Notes: a model not told the origin generated them from the letters alone. Shown: positions 1 to 12,408, numbered from the whole stretch's first letter. The stretch is DNA of 62,912 nucleotides, filler included, from Neolecta irregularis DAH-3 (GCA_001929475.1; 11 parts of 11 records of this genome joined end to end with filler, not necessarily neighbours in it); one strand, 5' to 3'. Translations and numbers: made by a program.

Positions 1-395
1 GTTGCTGGAAAAATTATATGACATGGGAATAATAAACGGGAAAACCAAGTTGAGCGATGCGGAAAACAAAGTCACCGTTTCTGCTTTTTGTCGGAGGAGA
101 CTACCAGTTGTCATGACTCGTATGAAAATGTGTGAAACTGTGTCTGGGGTATGTCTTTATTGAATTTCTTTCGGTTGACGACTAGGCCGTCAGATATATC
201 GAACATGGACACGTTCGAGTTGGGCCCGAAGTCATCTCTGATCCAGCATACCTTGTTACACGGTATGATCTCATTTTATCTCCTCGCACTGACGAAAGAA
301 ATCTTGAAGATTTCGTTACGTGGGTCGACACTTCGAAAATCAAACGGAATATTCTTAAATATAACGATCAGCTCGACGACTTTGATCTTTTATGA
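1..395 (+). CDS. IMP3: U3 snoRNP protein Imp3, 3' part (5' end outside window; two short introns)
   Basis: Spliced translation [11 protein letters not shown]...[15 protein letters not shown]...[57 protein letters not shown] is the Imp3 C-terminus; GT..AG introns at about 149-185 and 263-298. Confidence 0.93.
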
Positions 396-499
396 TACAA
401 GCATTGGCCTTGTTGAATGGAGTCCCGGAAATATAAACCATGTGTCTTCAGTCATTTCTTCAGAACTAAAAAAACAATTACGTTGTGATACCGTTGTAA

Positions 500-720
500 A
501 GACACCGCTCTCGTCTCTGTCAAGATCGTCTCGCCCGCCGCCGGCGCCTACTCCCTGCGCGTGCTCCATGCCGTCCGCAGAGAAATACACACCCTGCGCT
601 CCCTCGACACAAAGGCCTACTCCCCCGCCCTCGCCGTCTACGCCGCGCTCAACCCTCCCAGCCGCCGTTACAGTTCTGCCCTCACTTCTCCTCTCAGATG
701 CTCCCCCACTCCCTCACCCA
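500..720 (+). pseudogene. GC-rich protein-kinase N-lobe-like fragment
   Basis: Frame reads ALVSVKIV...VRREIHTLRSL, resembling kinase subdomains II/III; no start or catalytic loop; GC jumps relative to flanks. Confidence 0.3.
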
Positions 721-935
721 TGACTACTACGACGCCCCCCAGACTATTTCCCGCGTTTCTCGGAAACTTTGGCTATTCTGTTGTTGTTGGCACCGCTTTT
801 TTCCCGTTTGGCCTAATCTACCCGCTCCTCATCCCCCCATTGAGGACTATTTCTTTGGTTTGTGCAAAATCCAGCGTCCGCTCCTGGTTCCCGCAGATAT
901 GCTAGCTATGAGACGAAGGAAATGTCATATACTGT

Positions 936-1930
936 CTAACATAATACACTATCTGGAACAATGTACAATCGCAAAATCCCATCTACAAATACAGTCCTCC
1001 CAAATATTTCCTGCAACACTATATCCTTCCCAACAGGCACTTTTTTATTTCCGCGTCCCTGTACATAGACAACCGGACTCTTATACTCTGACTTTGTATC
1101 CCAAGGCAAGGGCACAATTTGTTCAAGGAGATCCTTGATCTGCAAATCTTCAGCCACAGACGGAAAGAAATCGGTTTGCGAGACTAGTGGGTAGAGTATC
1201 AATATTGGAATGAATAGCAATGATGAGGCATCCAGTGGCGATTCCAGAGTTATTCCTTGTATATCTGGTTGTTCCCCTGTTTTCAAAATGGTGATATTAC
1301 GTGCCTATATTAGCAAAGTCTACTGCATACATACCTCTATTGCTGACGTTAACATAATATCATTACCCATTTGATCCTTTTTAATACTCTTGGATTTCTG
1401 TTTTGAGTCCAACTTTTCCCGATATAATTTTCTCAAAACGGCGAATTCATCCCCGTTATTCTGGCGCGATAAATACATCTCTGCATCTTGTAATTTTTCG
1501 AGCATGATATACGCTCTCGTAAGCCTCCAAATCGCTTTTTCGCAGTTTTTTTCAATTTCTAATATTCGTAAGCAATCTTTAATTACCATCCCGTAATTCT
1601 CTTTCGTCAGCAGTATCCTGATAATTTCATACCCAAGTGTAAATTACACAGTGTCCTGTTTAAAAGACATTTCTTTTCAAGAGCAATACTTGGATTTGCT
1701 TGTATACTTTTGTTATAAAATATCTTTGCATCGAGCCATCGTTTCTCCGAAATCATTTCATTGCCTTGATTTTTGAAATTGAGTGCGATTTCATCAGGCG
1801 TGCCTTCATACGCCAATGCTTTTAATCCTTCTAATGCAATGTTTTCAGTGGGGTCATCAGGGAGTTGGGTCATGAAAAGTGGAGTTTCATCGATTTCTTC
1901 ATGATAGAGACGTCGATTTGCGTTGGACAT
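936..1930 (-). CDS. CNS1: Hsp70/Hsp90 TPR co-chaperone Cns1 (TTC4 family), multi-exon
   Basis: PLFMTQL...ALEGLKALAYEGTPDEIALNFKNQGNE N-terminus, TPR repeats, C-terminal LILYPLVSQTDF wheel domain across ORFs 1607-1930, 1320-1589, 936-1286. Confidence 0.9.
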
Positions 1931-2110
1931 CAGCTTGGATGACTGTTGTTATAAGATGTGGTATGAGGACTCGGCGTCGGGGGTCAAATTTTGTCTCCAA
2001 TGGTGTGGTAGGGGAAGGCCAGCTCCGGCCTCCCCCAATGGCAACCCTCCAGTCTCCCGACCAGCCCGCCCGTCCTTCCTGCCCGTCCCGCCCGCCTTGC
2101 CCGTCCCGCA

Positions 2111-2210
2111 NNNNNNNNNNNNNNNNNNNNNNNNNNNNNNNNNNNNNNNNNNNNTTAATTAATTAANNNNNNNNNNNNNNNNNNNNNNNNNNNNNNNNNN
2201 NNNNNNNNNN
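2111..2210. other. Artificial contig linker N44-TTAATTAATTAA-N44 (also at 7698-7797, 9341-9440, 10614-10713, 12843-12942, 37294-37393, 39562-39661, 55473-55572, 56862-56961, 61751-61850)
   Basis: Identical 100-nt spacer with stop codons in all six frames, repeated ten times. Confidence 0.98.
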
Positions 2211-2386
2211 GGAGAAGCTGCACCTGCCAAATGTTGATTTTTTTGATATTATGGCATCGATATCGATGAAACATCAGATCGAATCGAACAGTCTCGTTAA
2301 AACACTGATGGTTGGTTGCGGGCCATGTTGCAATTCCTGGTTCAACCCAACTCTTGAAATTGAACGAATAGGTCCCCTTTTTACCG
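2211..2386 (-). repeat. Second copy (paralog or allele) of part of the secreted-protein gene at 6963-7138
   Basis: 176 bp matching 6963-7138 with 3 substitutions, bounded by N gaps. Confidence 0.9.
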
Positions 2387-2396
2387 NNNNNNNNNN

Positions 2397-5300
2397 ATGC
2401 TGGCGGAAAGCTCGTACTCTCCTTTTGCCAAGAAAATCATTTGAATTATCTTTGATGTACTCTCACCGGTTTGCAGAAGAGGAAACGGAAATTGTAGCAC
2501 ACCATTCCATCCTACCCGTTTAGTTATTTCGAGATTCTGCGGGGGAGATTGATTAGCGATCATTGGCTGAATTCGAAGGAATAAACGAACACCTTCATCT
2601 GAGTGTCAGTTGAACGTTGTATGAAGAGATGTATACCTCTATCGTTGTGGATATTCACAGTGAGTGGAACAAAGGTATCGATTTTGGCGGTACCGACGAT
2701 GTCCAATTGAATTTGCAAATCATCAGCCAACAAGGTTCTGCATATACGAGGATTCAGTCTTATTCCTCGCAACTCCAAATTTCCAAGTCGATCACCACAA
2801 ATCCACTCCCCTTCAAGTTGTTTCAACAACGCATCCCGAAACCAAAAGCATTCCCTCATTTCGGACTCATGAGCCGGTGTTCCACTACTCGACACAATAA
2901 ATTGACGTCTTGATAAACTTGGAATAGGTCTTTGCTCCTCACCCTTTGCAAATCGAATCTTGGATATCGGACGGACAATACGTGAAAGTCGGCCGATGGT
3001 TACCGGGACAGTCGTAGATGACGCATCAGATCGGATTGTCACTAGAGTGTTCTCAACTGACGTACTACGAATATCGAGCATTAATAATATCCCATCCTTG
3101 TTTTCCAAGACATCACAACCAGCAACTTCAACACACGGGGTTACGGTAACCAGAAATTTCTTTGCGATTTTGCGGGTATAAACGTGTTCTCCGGCATCAG
3201 AGGAATACTCTACTCGAACTGAACACTGATCCATGCCGCGTTTACCGAGAACTGTAATAGGAACACTAATAGCTGTTTTTGCTGGGATGCTCTGTGGAGG
3301 GTTGTCAAGTCGGAAACATGGCCTTTTATGTAGGAAGAATTCATGCTCATATGCTTCGCTTGCGGGAAGTGTCTTCGATTGTAAAGCAGCTTCAAGAATC
3401 GGAGAGGCGGAATCAGTAAATGTTATCAAAAGGAGATTAATCGGAATCGACGAAAGATTCTCCAAAGTCATCGTTATTGTTTGGCTTTTGAAAGTTAGCA
3501 AAGGCCAAGATTTGGAAATAAAACATACCTTTCCCCCTCATACAACATGATTGAATCTCTGGGGGAGTTTACGTTCTTGATCGACAATACAGGTAGTTCA
3601 GGAATTACGAGCCAAGTAGGTTCATCAACAACCGGTGTTTTAGGAATGTCATTCTCGCTCAGAACACTCGATCTTCTTTCTTTTGCTTCCAGTCCCATGA
3701 TCTTGATTTTCTCCGTTTCAACCCAACCTTCCGGGGTCGTCCCGATCTGGAACACAGTCTCCAAACATCCCGTGACTCGGATTTTACATCCTTTGACTTT
3801 TAATGAACCGGGCTTGACAGGCTTTCCGAGGAGAACAATCACATCCGTATTATTCGGTTCAAGATTGACTTTCCCTGGCTTCATATTGATTTCAGCGCCC
3901 TCCGTTCTGCACGGTAAGTAGAACCCAAATGAAAGATCACACATCACCAAAATGGATTGGATTTCAACTTCATAGGGAAAAGGATTTCGTAGACGAACGA
4001 TAAATTCCGCCGTCTCATTTTGGACAAGGATTTTCTAGGACAGTCAGGAGTATTACAAATTTGACATTAACATGCCGGCATATCCCGATCCTTCCGGATA
4101 GTATTCCGGTGAGGATTGAAAATGAAAAGGTCTTTATCTTTGACCAATTCCTCCCTTCTCCGCAAAGTCGGCATGTTATCCATATTTGCTCTAACAGGAA
4201 TCAGCCAGAAAGAGAAAAAAATCAAACGTACAGTTGAGCATTCACACTTATCAAAACACCACCATCCCAATAAATTCTTTTTCCGGCTCCCTTTGACACA
4301 GATAAAAGCTTGGGAATATTTCCCATGAATTTCAATTGATCGGCTGGATTTGAAGCACAGCCTAGAAATCGCATGCTAAAATCCACAGCGCCTTCGTAAT
4401 TTGGCAATGCTTCACATATTGCAATACAATCTTTCAAAATTAAGGATTTAAGACTCGGCCATCCAAAGTCAGGATAGGGATCGGATGTATATACTGAGCA
4501 CATTTCCTCAAGGAGGGTGTTGAAGTTTTGTGGAAATGAATGAAGTGTAATCTCATTTGAAGCCGGATGCACTCCCCGGTCTGCTGCACCAACAATTCGA
4601 GACTGAATGAAACCAGGAATTAAGTTTAATACTATCTGTCGAATAATCAGGGAACGTCGACGGTAAAACGAGATTTGAGAGTAGCTACTAGCCAGTATGG
4701 AGAGATATCGAATACGGTCTGAAAGATCGAGGTCTGTCGTTATATTTTGATGTGTCTTTGCAAGCAAGTTGGCGATCTGGACTCGAGGCGGGATATTTCT
4801 TGGTGATACTTCGGATATTAGCGTTCCTAATACAGCCGCTTTGAGCGCTTCTCCAGTCCATCCTCCTGTCTGATATTCTACACAATAAAGGGAGATTAGA
4901 CGTAGGTGTGATTCAATAGAACAGGAAAGTGGAATCGTGTCGTTCTCTTGAGTATGTGAGCGATCGTATAAATAGAAAATGGTTTCATATATCTGAGGTA
5001 TGAGGTCATGGAGTTGAGGTGTTATTAATGGAGGCGAAGGGGTATCCCACTGACTTTGTGGAAGAGATTTTGAATTTGATGTTTGGTCATTGGAAAGAGG
5101 TTTGTGGAAGGCAATTACGGGAATCTTAATATCAGGGTCGTTTGCATCATCAAGAAATACCGGAACGTCAATTTGCAAATACGCAAGAACAACAAGACAT
5201 ATTGCCAGTCCTTCGAGGGCTGCTCCATGCCAAAGATAATCATTACTATGTTTCGCAAAATTTGCCGCTTCGGCGTATCTAAGTGGATTAGTGTGGGATT

Positions 5301-6271
5301 ATGTCCAGAAATATTACTCCTTCAACGCATCCGCAGTCCGTCCAGCAAGAAGATACAAATCACCAGAAGTCTTCGTAACTCGACCTTTACCTCTTTTTTT
5401 GAAGGTATCGCTCATATTTTGATTACCATGCACTGTTTGACTAAAAGTGCGTGAATGACCCTTATCAACGGAACCAGTGGCAGACGAGCGTTTCTGTAGA
5501 GCTTGATCCGCTGGATCGAACAGGACATTTGGGGAATCAAGTGTAGGTAGGGATTGGACGGTTTGGCCCTAGGATTTAGCAGGAAAATAAAATCATGATT
5601 ACGAGGAGAGAAAACTCAGAGAGAAGAGTGGACGTGACGTCAGACATGACAGTTCTCATTACCGATAACTGAGATGAGCGTGAAGGAAGAATGCAAACAA
5701 TATCAGGGATAGGCGAAATTAATTCTTCCGTAGCTTCAAAGACGAATATTCGCTGTATCAAAGCCCGCGGATACTAATATCAGCCTGAGCAACAAATGAG
5801 CCGGAGATCTTCATACGAGTGCATTCATTTTAATAAGAGAATCTTGCAAATCTTCAATTGTCGGCAATTCTTTTCCGTCTGCTATTCCGGCTATCTGGCA
5901 GTTAATAAATCTGTCTATAATGTCCAATCATATACCACAAAAACCCTTCGATAAATTTGGAAATCTTCCAGATAAGATAGTTCATCGCGTATCGAATCAA
6001 CGAAATCATACACCACTTGGCCAGCAGGAAATGACTGAGGATTGAACCTCGCTAGGTGTCAGAAGAAATAAAAAATGGTGCTCAAAGTACCTTTGTCAGG
6101 CCTCGAGTCTGGGGTTACATCTCCTAATTTAACAATTCTTGCCAACTCCAACCGCCCTACAAATGACGAGAAGCGCGATTTTTTGATCCTACATATTGGA
6201 ATTGGAAGCAATTTAACCCGTGAAGGTGAACAAAACGAATGGCCGTTGATGATTGGCGAGGTGGTGGTCAT
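2397..6271 (-). CDS. TRS120: TRAPPII complex subunit Trs120, multi-exon, 3' end runs into the 10-N gap
   Basis: N-terminal SPSRVKLLPIPICRIKKSRFSSFVGRL...VKLGDVTPD; SFYRRRSLIIRQ; FGWPSLKSLILKDCIAICEALPNY; C-terminal FWFRDALLKQLEGEW...GNLELRGIRL and FLAKGEYEL motifs. Confidence 0.9.
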
Positions 6272-6574
6272 ATGGAGGCGTGGGGCCCCGCTGAACATAT
6301 CTTTTGTCGAAGTGGCTGAGAGCGCCTTGAAAACCAGATCTATGAACATGCATATCCACTAAATCGAGACTCGTGACTGATTCTTTCTCGGGACGACTTC
6401 CCGTTTCGAATCATCCATCAGGAATAGTATGAGTATATGAAAATGTTCATTGAATCTAATTCAAGTATGGTAAAGTAGAGCCCCAGGGTTCAAGGTCATA
6501 TAGGTCTAACGTCAAAGTACAATAATTATATCTTCGATCAAGGGCACTGCGACAGCAATTCCATAAACCCCCAA

Positions 6575-7311
6575 TTAGTCATCACCATCATCATCACTCG
6601 TCTCTTCTTCATTTCCATCTTCATTGCAGTTAACCAACTTATAATTCATATTATGCGGGGTTTCTATTTCTTGACACGGATGTTCGACGGTCTCAATTTG
6701 TATCCAATAAACGCGACCGGCTTTCATAGGCTGATTGTTAAGAAATTGACTGGTGACATTGATTGTTTCGGCTGATGGAAGTTCGAAAGATCGAGGATCG
6801 AGATGGTCGACTCTACCGTTTCGCCATTTATGGGTCGGGTTGCCCTGATTGTCATGCACATATTTTTCAATATTTTTCGGACCGGCCACTGACCAGACCA
6901 GTTTCCTTTTTCTAAAATTTAGGAATCCTTTTCGCTATTTCGAATCAGAACAAGAAAACATTGGAGAAGCTGCACCTGCCAAATGTTGATTTTTTTGATA
7001 TTATGGCATCGATATCGATGAAACATCAAATCGAATCGAACGGTCTCGTTAAAACACTGATGGTTGGTTGCAGGCCATGTTGCAATTCCTGGTTCAACCC
7101 AACTCTTGAAATTGAACGAATAGGTCCCCTTTTTACCGAGAGCAGCGAGCATCCAGGCTTGTGTTTGAGTTTCACCACCTTCATAACCAAACGAGTTGGC
7201 TTGTTCTGCTTCTCCGACCCCGAATATTCGTTTTGCTATTCCCTTGGCTTTTTGGATGGGATTCGCGAGGGTAAGTGTGAAAAATGCAAGCAATGGGATA
7301 ATTGGTCGCAT
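6575..7311 (-). CDS. Lineage-specific secreted protein, ~231 aa, 2 exons (7311-6976, 6934-6575)
   Basis: Signal peptide MRPIIPLLAFFTLTLA-NP, KR dibasic site; a 41-nt GT..CTGAT..TAG intron (6975-6935) joins the two ORFs in frame; acidic tail. Confidence 0.75.
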
Positions 7312-7797
7312 GATTAACAGAGAAGGCCGTTTCGTAAATAACAGACGGGGTTGCAGGCATTATAACATATCTCAGGGTAGAAATGTCAAAAGAGGCGGTG
7401 CTTGGGATCGTCATGATATGAAAATCAACTATGTGGGTGACTCCTTCGACATAGCATAGCGGCAGTATGTGACGTTTCACTCAATATTCTTCCGCTTTCC
7501 ATGTTGAGGAATGCATTGATTATTTTAGCGCTCTTGCGTAAGGAATCAGTCCAACGAAAGGTTGTAATACTTATTCGCCATCAGACTGTATTTTAGATCC
7601 AGTATCCGCAAAATTTTACATATTCTTAAACCTGCCCTTGATTAAAAGAATGGACAGCTTGCTATTATGATCACAGACTACGTCATCCACCATTGTCNNN
7701 NNNNNNNNNNNNNNNNNNNNNNNNNNNNNNNNNNNNNNNNNTTAATTAATTAANNNNNNNNNNNNNNNNNNNNNNNNNNNNNNNNNNNNNNNNNNNN

Positions 7798-7862
7798 AAA
7801 TATGCAAGCAAGCAAGTCCAAAGTCCAGAATTGGACTTGCTTACTTGTTAGCAAGTCTGGGC
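7798..7862. mobile_element. DNA-transposon terminal/MITE remnant (CAAGT/ACTTG palindromic family; related copy at 54417-54502)
   Basis: GCAAGCAAGTCCAAAGTCCAGAATTGGACTTGCTTACTTG palindromic motif array shared with 54447-54502. Confidence 0.45.
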
Positions 7863-8307
7863 ACCGCTGACGAGATATTGGCTGCCACACACTCAACACA
7901 ATGTCAGTCAACTAACCTGTCCCTATTCCTCCTTGACCGGATCCAGGATGATGATGGCGGGTATTTCTTTTTCTTATTTCTGTTTTCTGTTTTATCTCTA
8001 CTTCCGGGGAGCTGTGCAGCCACCGACCGCTCCCGGATTTTCTACCTCCGTAATATTTTCGCATTCTCTTATTTCGTCACTCTGCTCTTTCCGTTTTGTA
8101 TATAAATATGGGCTGCCTTTCTGCTCTATAGTTTAGCCAATTGTATTAATCTCATTCCGTTTCTAAGTCTTGACGGCCCAAGAGATAGAAAGCCTATACG
8201 ACCGCGCTCACCAATTTGCAACCAATAAAATCAACAATCTATTAATCCTATAAACGCCTACAACATCTAGCTACATCCTGCGTGCAACATACCCAAGTGC
8301 CTTTTGT

Positions 8308-9175
8308 ATGAAACAACAAACCTTTTGGGAGGATAATTCCAACGTTGCACATGAGACTGTTCGCTTTGCAGTGTGTGTTATCGAGCAAGGCATAACCTTT
8401 CTCGAAAGATTCGTTGATTTTGAGCGAAAAGAGCCATCATGTCACTCCCTGTATCAACATCGATCAAATTATCTCAGGAATAGTACCCTGGGAAAGCATA
8501 TTCGGTATTGTGCAGAACCACCTGTGCTGATTTTGGTTAGCCATCTTCATTTACGATTTCAGATCGTTTTGAATTTTGCTTCTGGAGCTTTGTGTCAACC
8601 AGCAGATTACGAGAATAGATCTTCACATGTGCAAAAGGTATTTGTTTGCATTAAGAGAATCTGTTTAAGAGTGGTAGGACTCTCTTGACGTTGCTTCTAC
8701 TCCTGTGAATGCTCTAGAGGCATTTCGAGAGACGAGAAACCTCACCCGGACTTTAAACCCCGCGACATTTGACCAGATACTACCACTCAAAAGAGGAAAG
8801 TCTATTATAGAATCGACTCTAGATCGCGAGATATATGCTGCAGGTATTCGTTTTGTTGGAGTCTCATTTTGACTAGGAGCTCTCCACGCAATCCACCACT
8901 ATGCAATAATCAAGATGTGAGTCAGTAACTCAACCGTCTAATTCGATAGGATGCTCGAGGATTTCTCAAGTTCAATTCCTGATGGAGCGCTTCTTCTAGC
9001 AACGATCCCGCCGCGGTTCGGTAATATGCCAAAGGTAAGTCGGTCTCGTCTTTAAGCCTGCCTGCTTGGAAATTGCCAGAGTTGCAAGTACAGAGAGGCG
9101 GAGACAGGCGTGCATTTGGTTGCTTCATTTCCACTCGACGCGCTGCCGCGTGTAAGTATTGAAGCCCAGATATGA
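8308..9175 (+). CDS. DinB/YfiT-like putative metalloenzyme, multi-exon (ends approximate)
   Basis: Spliced frame gives STLGKHIR-H...DYENR...ESTLDREIYAAGALHAIHHYAIIKM...FGNMP, the His-rich pattern of the fungal DinB-like family; short GT-AG introns keep the frame. Confidence 0.65.
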
Positions 9176-9440
9176 ATAAGACTACCTTGTGTTCTTCTAG
9201 CCTAACTATTGGCGACTTGCTGGACATACCTAGCCCAAGTATTGGCGACTTGGCTAGATATGAACCGCCTATCAATATTATATACTACAATTTAATTGCC
9301 GCAATATTAATGCAAGCCTTCCTTCTGCATTGGTAAGCGTNNNNNNNNNNNNNNNNNNNNNNNNNNNNNNNNNNNNNNNNNNNNTTAATTAATTAANNNN
9401 NNNNNNNNNNNNNNNNNNNNNNNNNNNNNNNNNNNNNNNN

Positions 9441-10295
9441 GTTTCTGAGGGTCCGGCCTGGCCCATGGGCTTTTTCATGGACCGGCCCATGGGCCAGGCC
9501 GGGCCTAACATGTGACAACCGTTTTAGGTAGTGGTGTTTAGGGCACAGATGGGCAGAGAAGCAGGAATATGTTATAAAGCAAGTTTAAATTACTATATTA
9601 TGTATATAATTCTCTATATTTATTTAAAATATTGGCAAGGAAATGACAGGCGGGCGGGCAAGGTGGGAGACAAGCAGGAGAGCGAGATGGGCGCGAAGCG
9701 GGAGAAGGGCGTGAGGCAGGCGTGACGGGGTGCGCGCACTGCTTGACGTCCGTGTTCTTTGTGTAAGCGCTGCTTGCATGGCTGCCCTGCTGCACGCGGC
9801 GGTGTTTGGAGCAGCGGCAGCTATTGTAGGCGCGGAGCTGGGCGTGCTGCTGCTGTGGACGCTGGCGGTGAGCAGCCAGCTGCCCGCGGCTGTACTCTTC
9901 GGTGGCAGCCTGGCGCAGCGTCGCCTTTGCTGTTGCCGATGCGCTACTCGCCCTGGCCGTGCACTGCTGCTCGAGTGGGACGGGAGAGGCAGGAGTGATA
10001 GACGGGAGAGGCGGGCGAGGGAGGGTGAGATGGAAGAGGAGGGCGAGAAGAGCGTGAGGAGGGTGAGATGGAAGAGGCGGGCGAGAAGAGCGTGAGGAGG
10101 GTGAGATGGAAGAGGCGGGCGAGATGGACTGGCGGCAGGCGAGGCCGGTAGAAAGGCGGTTAAGGAGACATGGAGGAGAAGGGCTGCATAGTATGATTTA
10201 ATATCACGTGAAAAAGCCCGTTTCGGCCCAAGAAAAAAGCCTGGCCCGTGGGCTTGGGCCAAGAAGAAAGCTCGGCCCATGGGCCTGTCGCGCAG
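9441..10295. mobile_element. Degenerate non-autonomous DNA-transposon remnant (hAT-like GGCCCATGGGC subterminal repeats) with purine-rich tandem repeats
   Basis: GGCCCATGGGC arrays at 9441-9512 and 10215-10290 related to 39751-39845 and 54891-54970; ~38-bp GAGGAGGGTGAGATGGAAGAGGCGGGCGAGAAGAGCGT repeats at 10010-10125. Confidence 0.5.
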
Positions 10296-10713
10296 AATCC
10301 GGCTCAAGGGCAAAGTCGGGAAGAGGATGGAGATTGGGTGACTGTTTTTAAAGTTGTTCTTTTTGATCTTTGATATATTCTTGAATTTCTTGATTGAAAA
10401 GAAAGACGGGCGGGGACTGTTCTATATACCTGCAGAACACGACATACTTACTTTCAGTACACGCTGTAGATAAAAAAGGAAAAGCTAAACAAGCCCCGTT
10501 TACATACGGTGACTCGTCAGCACGCCTCATACTCCCGGTACGAAGACACTCTCGGGAAGACAGGACCGACGTCGGAAGCAGAACCGTGCCGAGATGGATA
10601 TGATAGTGGATCGNNNNNNNNNNNNNNNNNNNNNNNNNNNNNNNNNNNNNNNNNNNNTTAATTAATTAANNNNNNNNNNNNNNNNNNNNNNNNNNNNNNN
10701 NNNNNNNNNNNNN

Positions 10714-10812
10714 TGGTGGAGTGGGAGATAGAGGTGGTGGAGTGGGAGATAGAGGTGGTGGAGTGGGAGATAGAGGTGGGTGGAGGTTGGGAGATAGAGG
10801 TGGAGAGATTAG
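10714..10812 (+). repeat. 21-bp tandem repeat TGGTGGAGTGGGAGATAGAGG (about 4 copies)
   Basis: Direct reading. Confidence 0.9.
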
Positions 10813-10993
10813 ACTCACCATGGCCCGTTGATATAATTCGGTCATGTTTGACTAGATCCTTGATTTATTTTAGGATTTCTAGATGTAGAGAATGCTGAAC
10901 GAGTTGGTTATTTGCTTCTGATAAAGCGAGACGCATATCTAGGTCGCTTGACATGGAATTCTCCCTTCACATGTTCTGAACCGCGACACCTAG

Positions 10994-11286
10994 AAAACCC
11001 ACAAGCCTCACCACTAAATCCACCTGCCACACCCCTTTTATCCACACCTCGCCCGCCCCAAAAATTTATCAAACCCACCCATCATGCCTGTGCTGTAATA
11101 ATTTGTCGGCTTCAACAGGATTTTCCCCATTCGAGTTGTGTATGGAGCTCGCCCACGCATTATGCCTCCATTCACAGAGATCCAATCCCAGAAGCAGATG
11201 CATGGATATCCCCAATAAAACTGTATACAGATATGGCCCATGAGAATCTGATTCCTAACAAACTACAAATAGCAACAAGCATAGAT
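10994..11286 (+). repeat. Dispersed direct repeat; internally deleted copy at 12724-12842
   Basis: 10994-11050 plus 11221-11286 correspond to 12724-12842. Confidence 0.85.
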
Positions 11287-11513
11287 GAGAGGAACAAAAA
11301 GAAGGTGATTTTGTATTATTAAACTCAAGAAATATACAAAACGATTCAAGAATAGAACCACTAAACTGTTTCCACACACACACCGAGGGTATATGCTTAA
11401 TATCTCGTCAGTGGTGCCACACATAAAGGATGTGTGGCATTAGCGTTGAGTAATGATATCAATCATCTCAGAGTCTGAAGAAGTCTTTCTGAATTTCGGG
11501 TGCTCCTAAAACA

Positions 11514-11903
11514 TCAGACAACTTTTAAATCCCAACTAACCCTAATCTTCCTATGGTACCCAATCGTGCCGACCGTCGGCTTATCGTTCCAAGTCCCCCT
11601 GGGGATTTTGGTAAGGTTCACAACCGATCCTACATTAAATAGGTAGCATCTTTGGCGATCGTCACCCTCATATGCGAGAAGGCAAGAACCACACATACGG
11701 TCATAGAAGCAGTGTTCAACACACTTTTGAGCCAGTTTAATCGGCCCATCGAGTTCGAGAAGGATAATATGAGACGGTTGCAAGGATTCGCGATATACTG
11801 TGCGGAGGTACCAACACTCTGGATCCTCCTCAAATTTGTCAAGATACGACCCTGCAAAGGAAAGCTTTCCACACAAGGCAATGAACAAAAACATGGATAG
11901 CAT
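11514..11903 (-). CDS. Small secreted PAN/apple-like Cys-rich protein (129 aa)
   Basis: Signal peptide MLSMFLFIALCGKLSFA; C-x3-C-x5-C-x14-C-YLF pattern; TATATAA about 45 nt upstream on the minus strand. Confidence 0.7.
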   Translation of the reverse strand: MLSMFLFIALCGKLSFAGSYLDKFEEDPECWYLRTVYRESLQPSHIILLELDGPIKLAQKCVEHCFYDRMCGSCLLAYEGDDRQRCYLFNVGSVVNLTKIPRGTWNDKPTVGTIGYHRKIRVSWDLKVV

Positions 11904-12087
11904 GGTTCGCGATAAATTGAAAAAGATTTAGGGCCGGCACCTCACGGTTATATAATATTTTACAATACGAAAAGGGTAAATGGCTGACTCTTCTACAGAC
12001 CAAATTCTTCCGAATGCGGGCATTGCAGTAATATTCTAGTTGAGGCTGAATCTTCTACAGACCAAATGCTTCTGAATNNNNNNNNNN

Positions 12088-12408
12088 CACGCGGCGCAGG
12101 TTGGCCAGCGACGGCTCGCACAGATACACGGTCGTCTCTGTCGCCGTACTCGCCGTCTGACTCTGACTCTGTGTCTGTGTCTCTGTCGCCGTACTCTGTG
12201 TCTCTGTCGCCGTACTTGACTGTGTCCGACTCAGGCTCTGCAATGCTTCCACGCCCAGTTCGCGCAGCTGCTCCGTGTCCAGCAGTGCGGCAATCGCCCC
12301 AGCCAGCTGCGGCTCGATTACTAGTACCTTGCGGCCCGGCACTGCTCCCAACGCCTCGGCCACACACCGCCGTCCTTCTTCCACCAGCTGCTCCCCAATG
12401 TGGTCCAT
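12088..12408 (-). CDS. VPS33: Vps33 (Sec1/Munc18 family) N-terminal part with a microsatellite-derived S/T/E/Q insert; truncated by N gap
   Basis: LVEEGRRCVAEALGAVPGRKVLVIEPQLAGAIAALLDTEQLRELGVE...VYLCEPSLANLRRV resembles Vps33 domain 1. Confidence 0.65.

Noticed and set aside
9624..10313. 229-aa and overlapping GC-rich ORFs
   Set aside because: Low-complexity repeat/transposon-remnant sequence open in several frames; no recognisable domain
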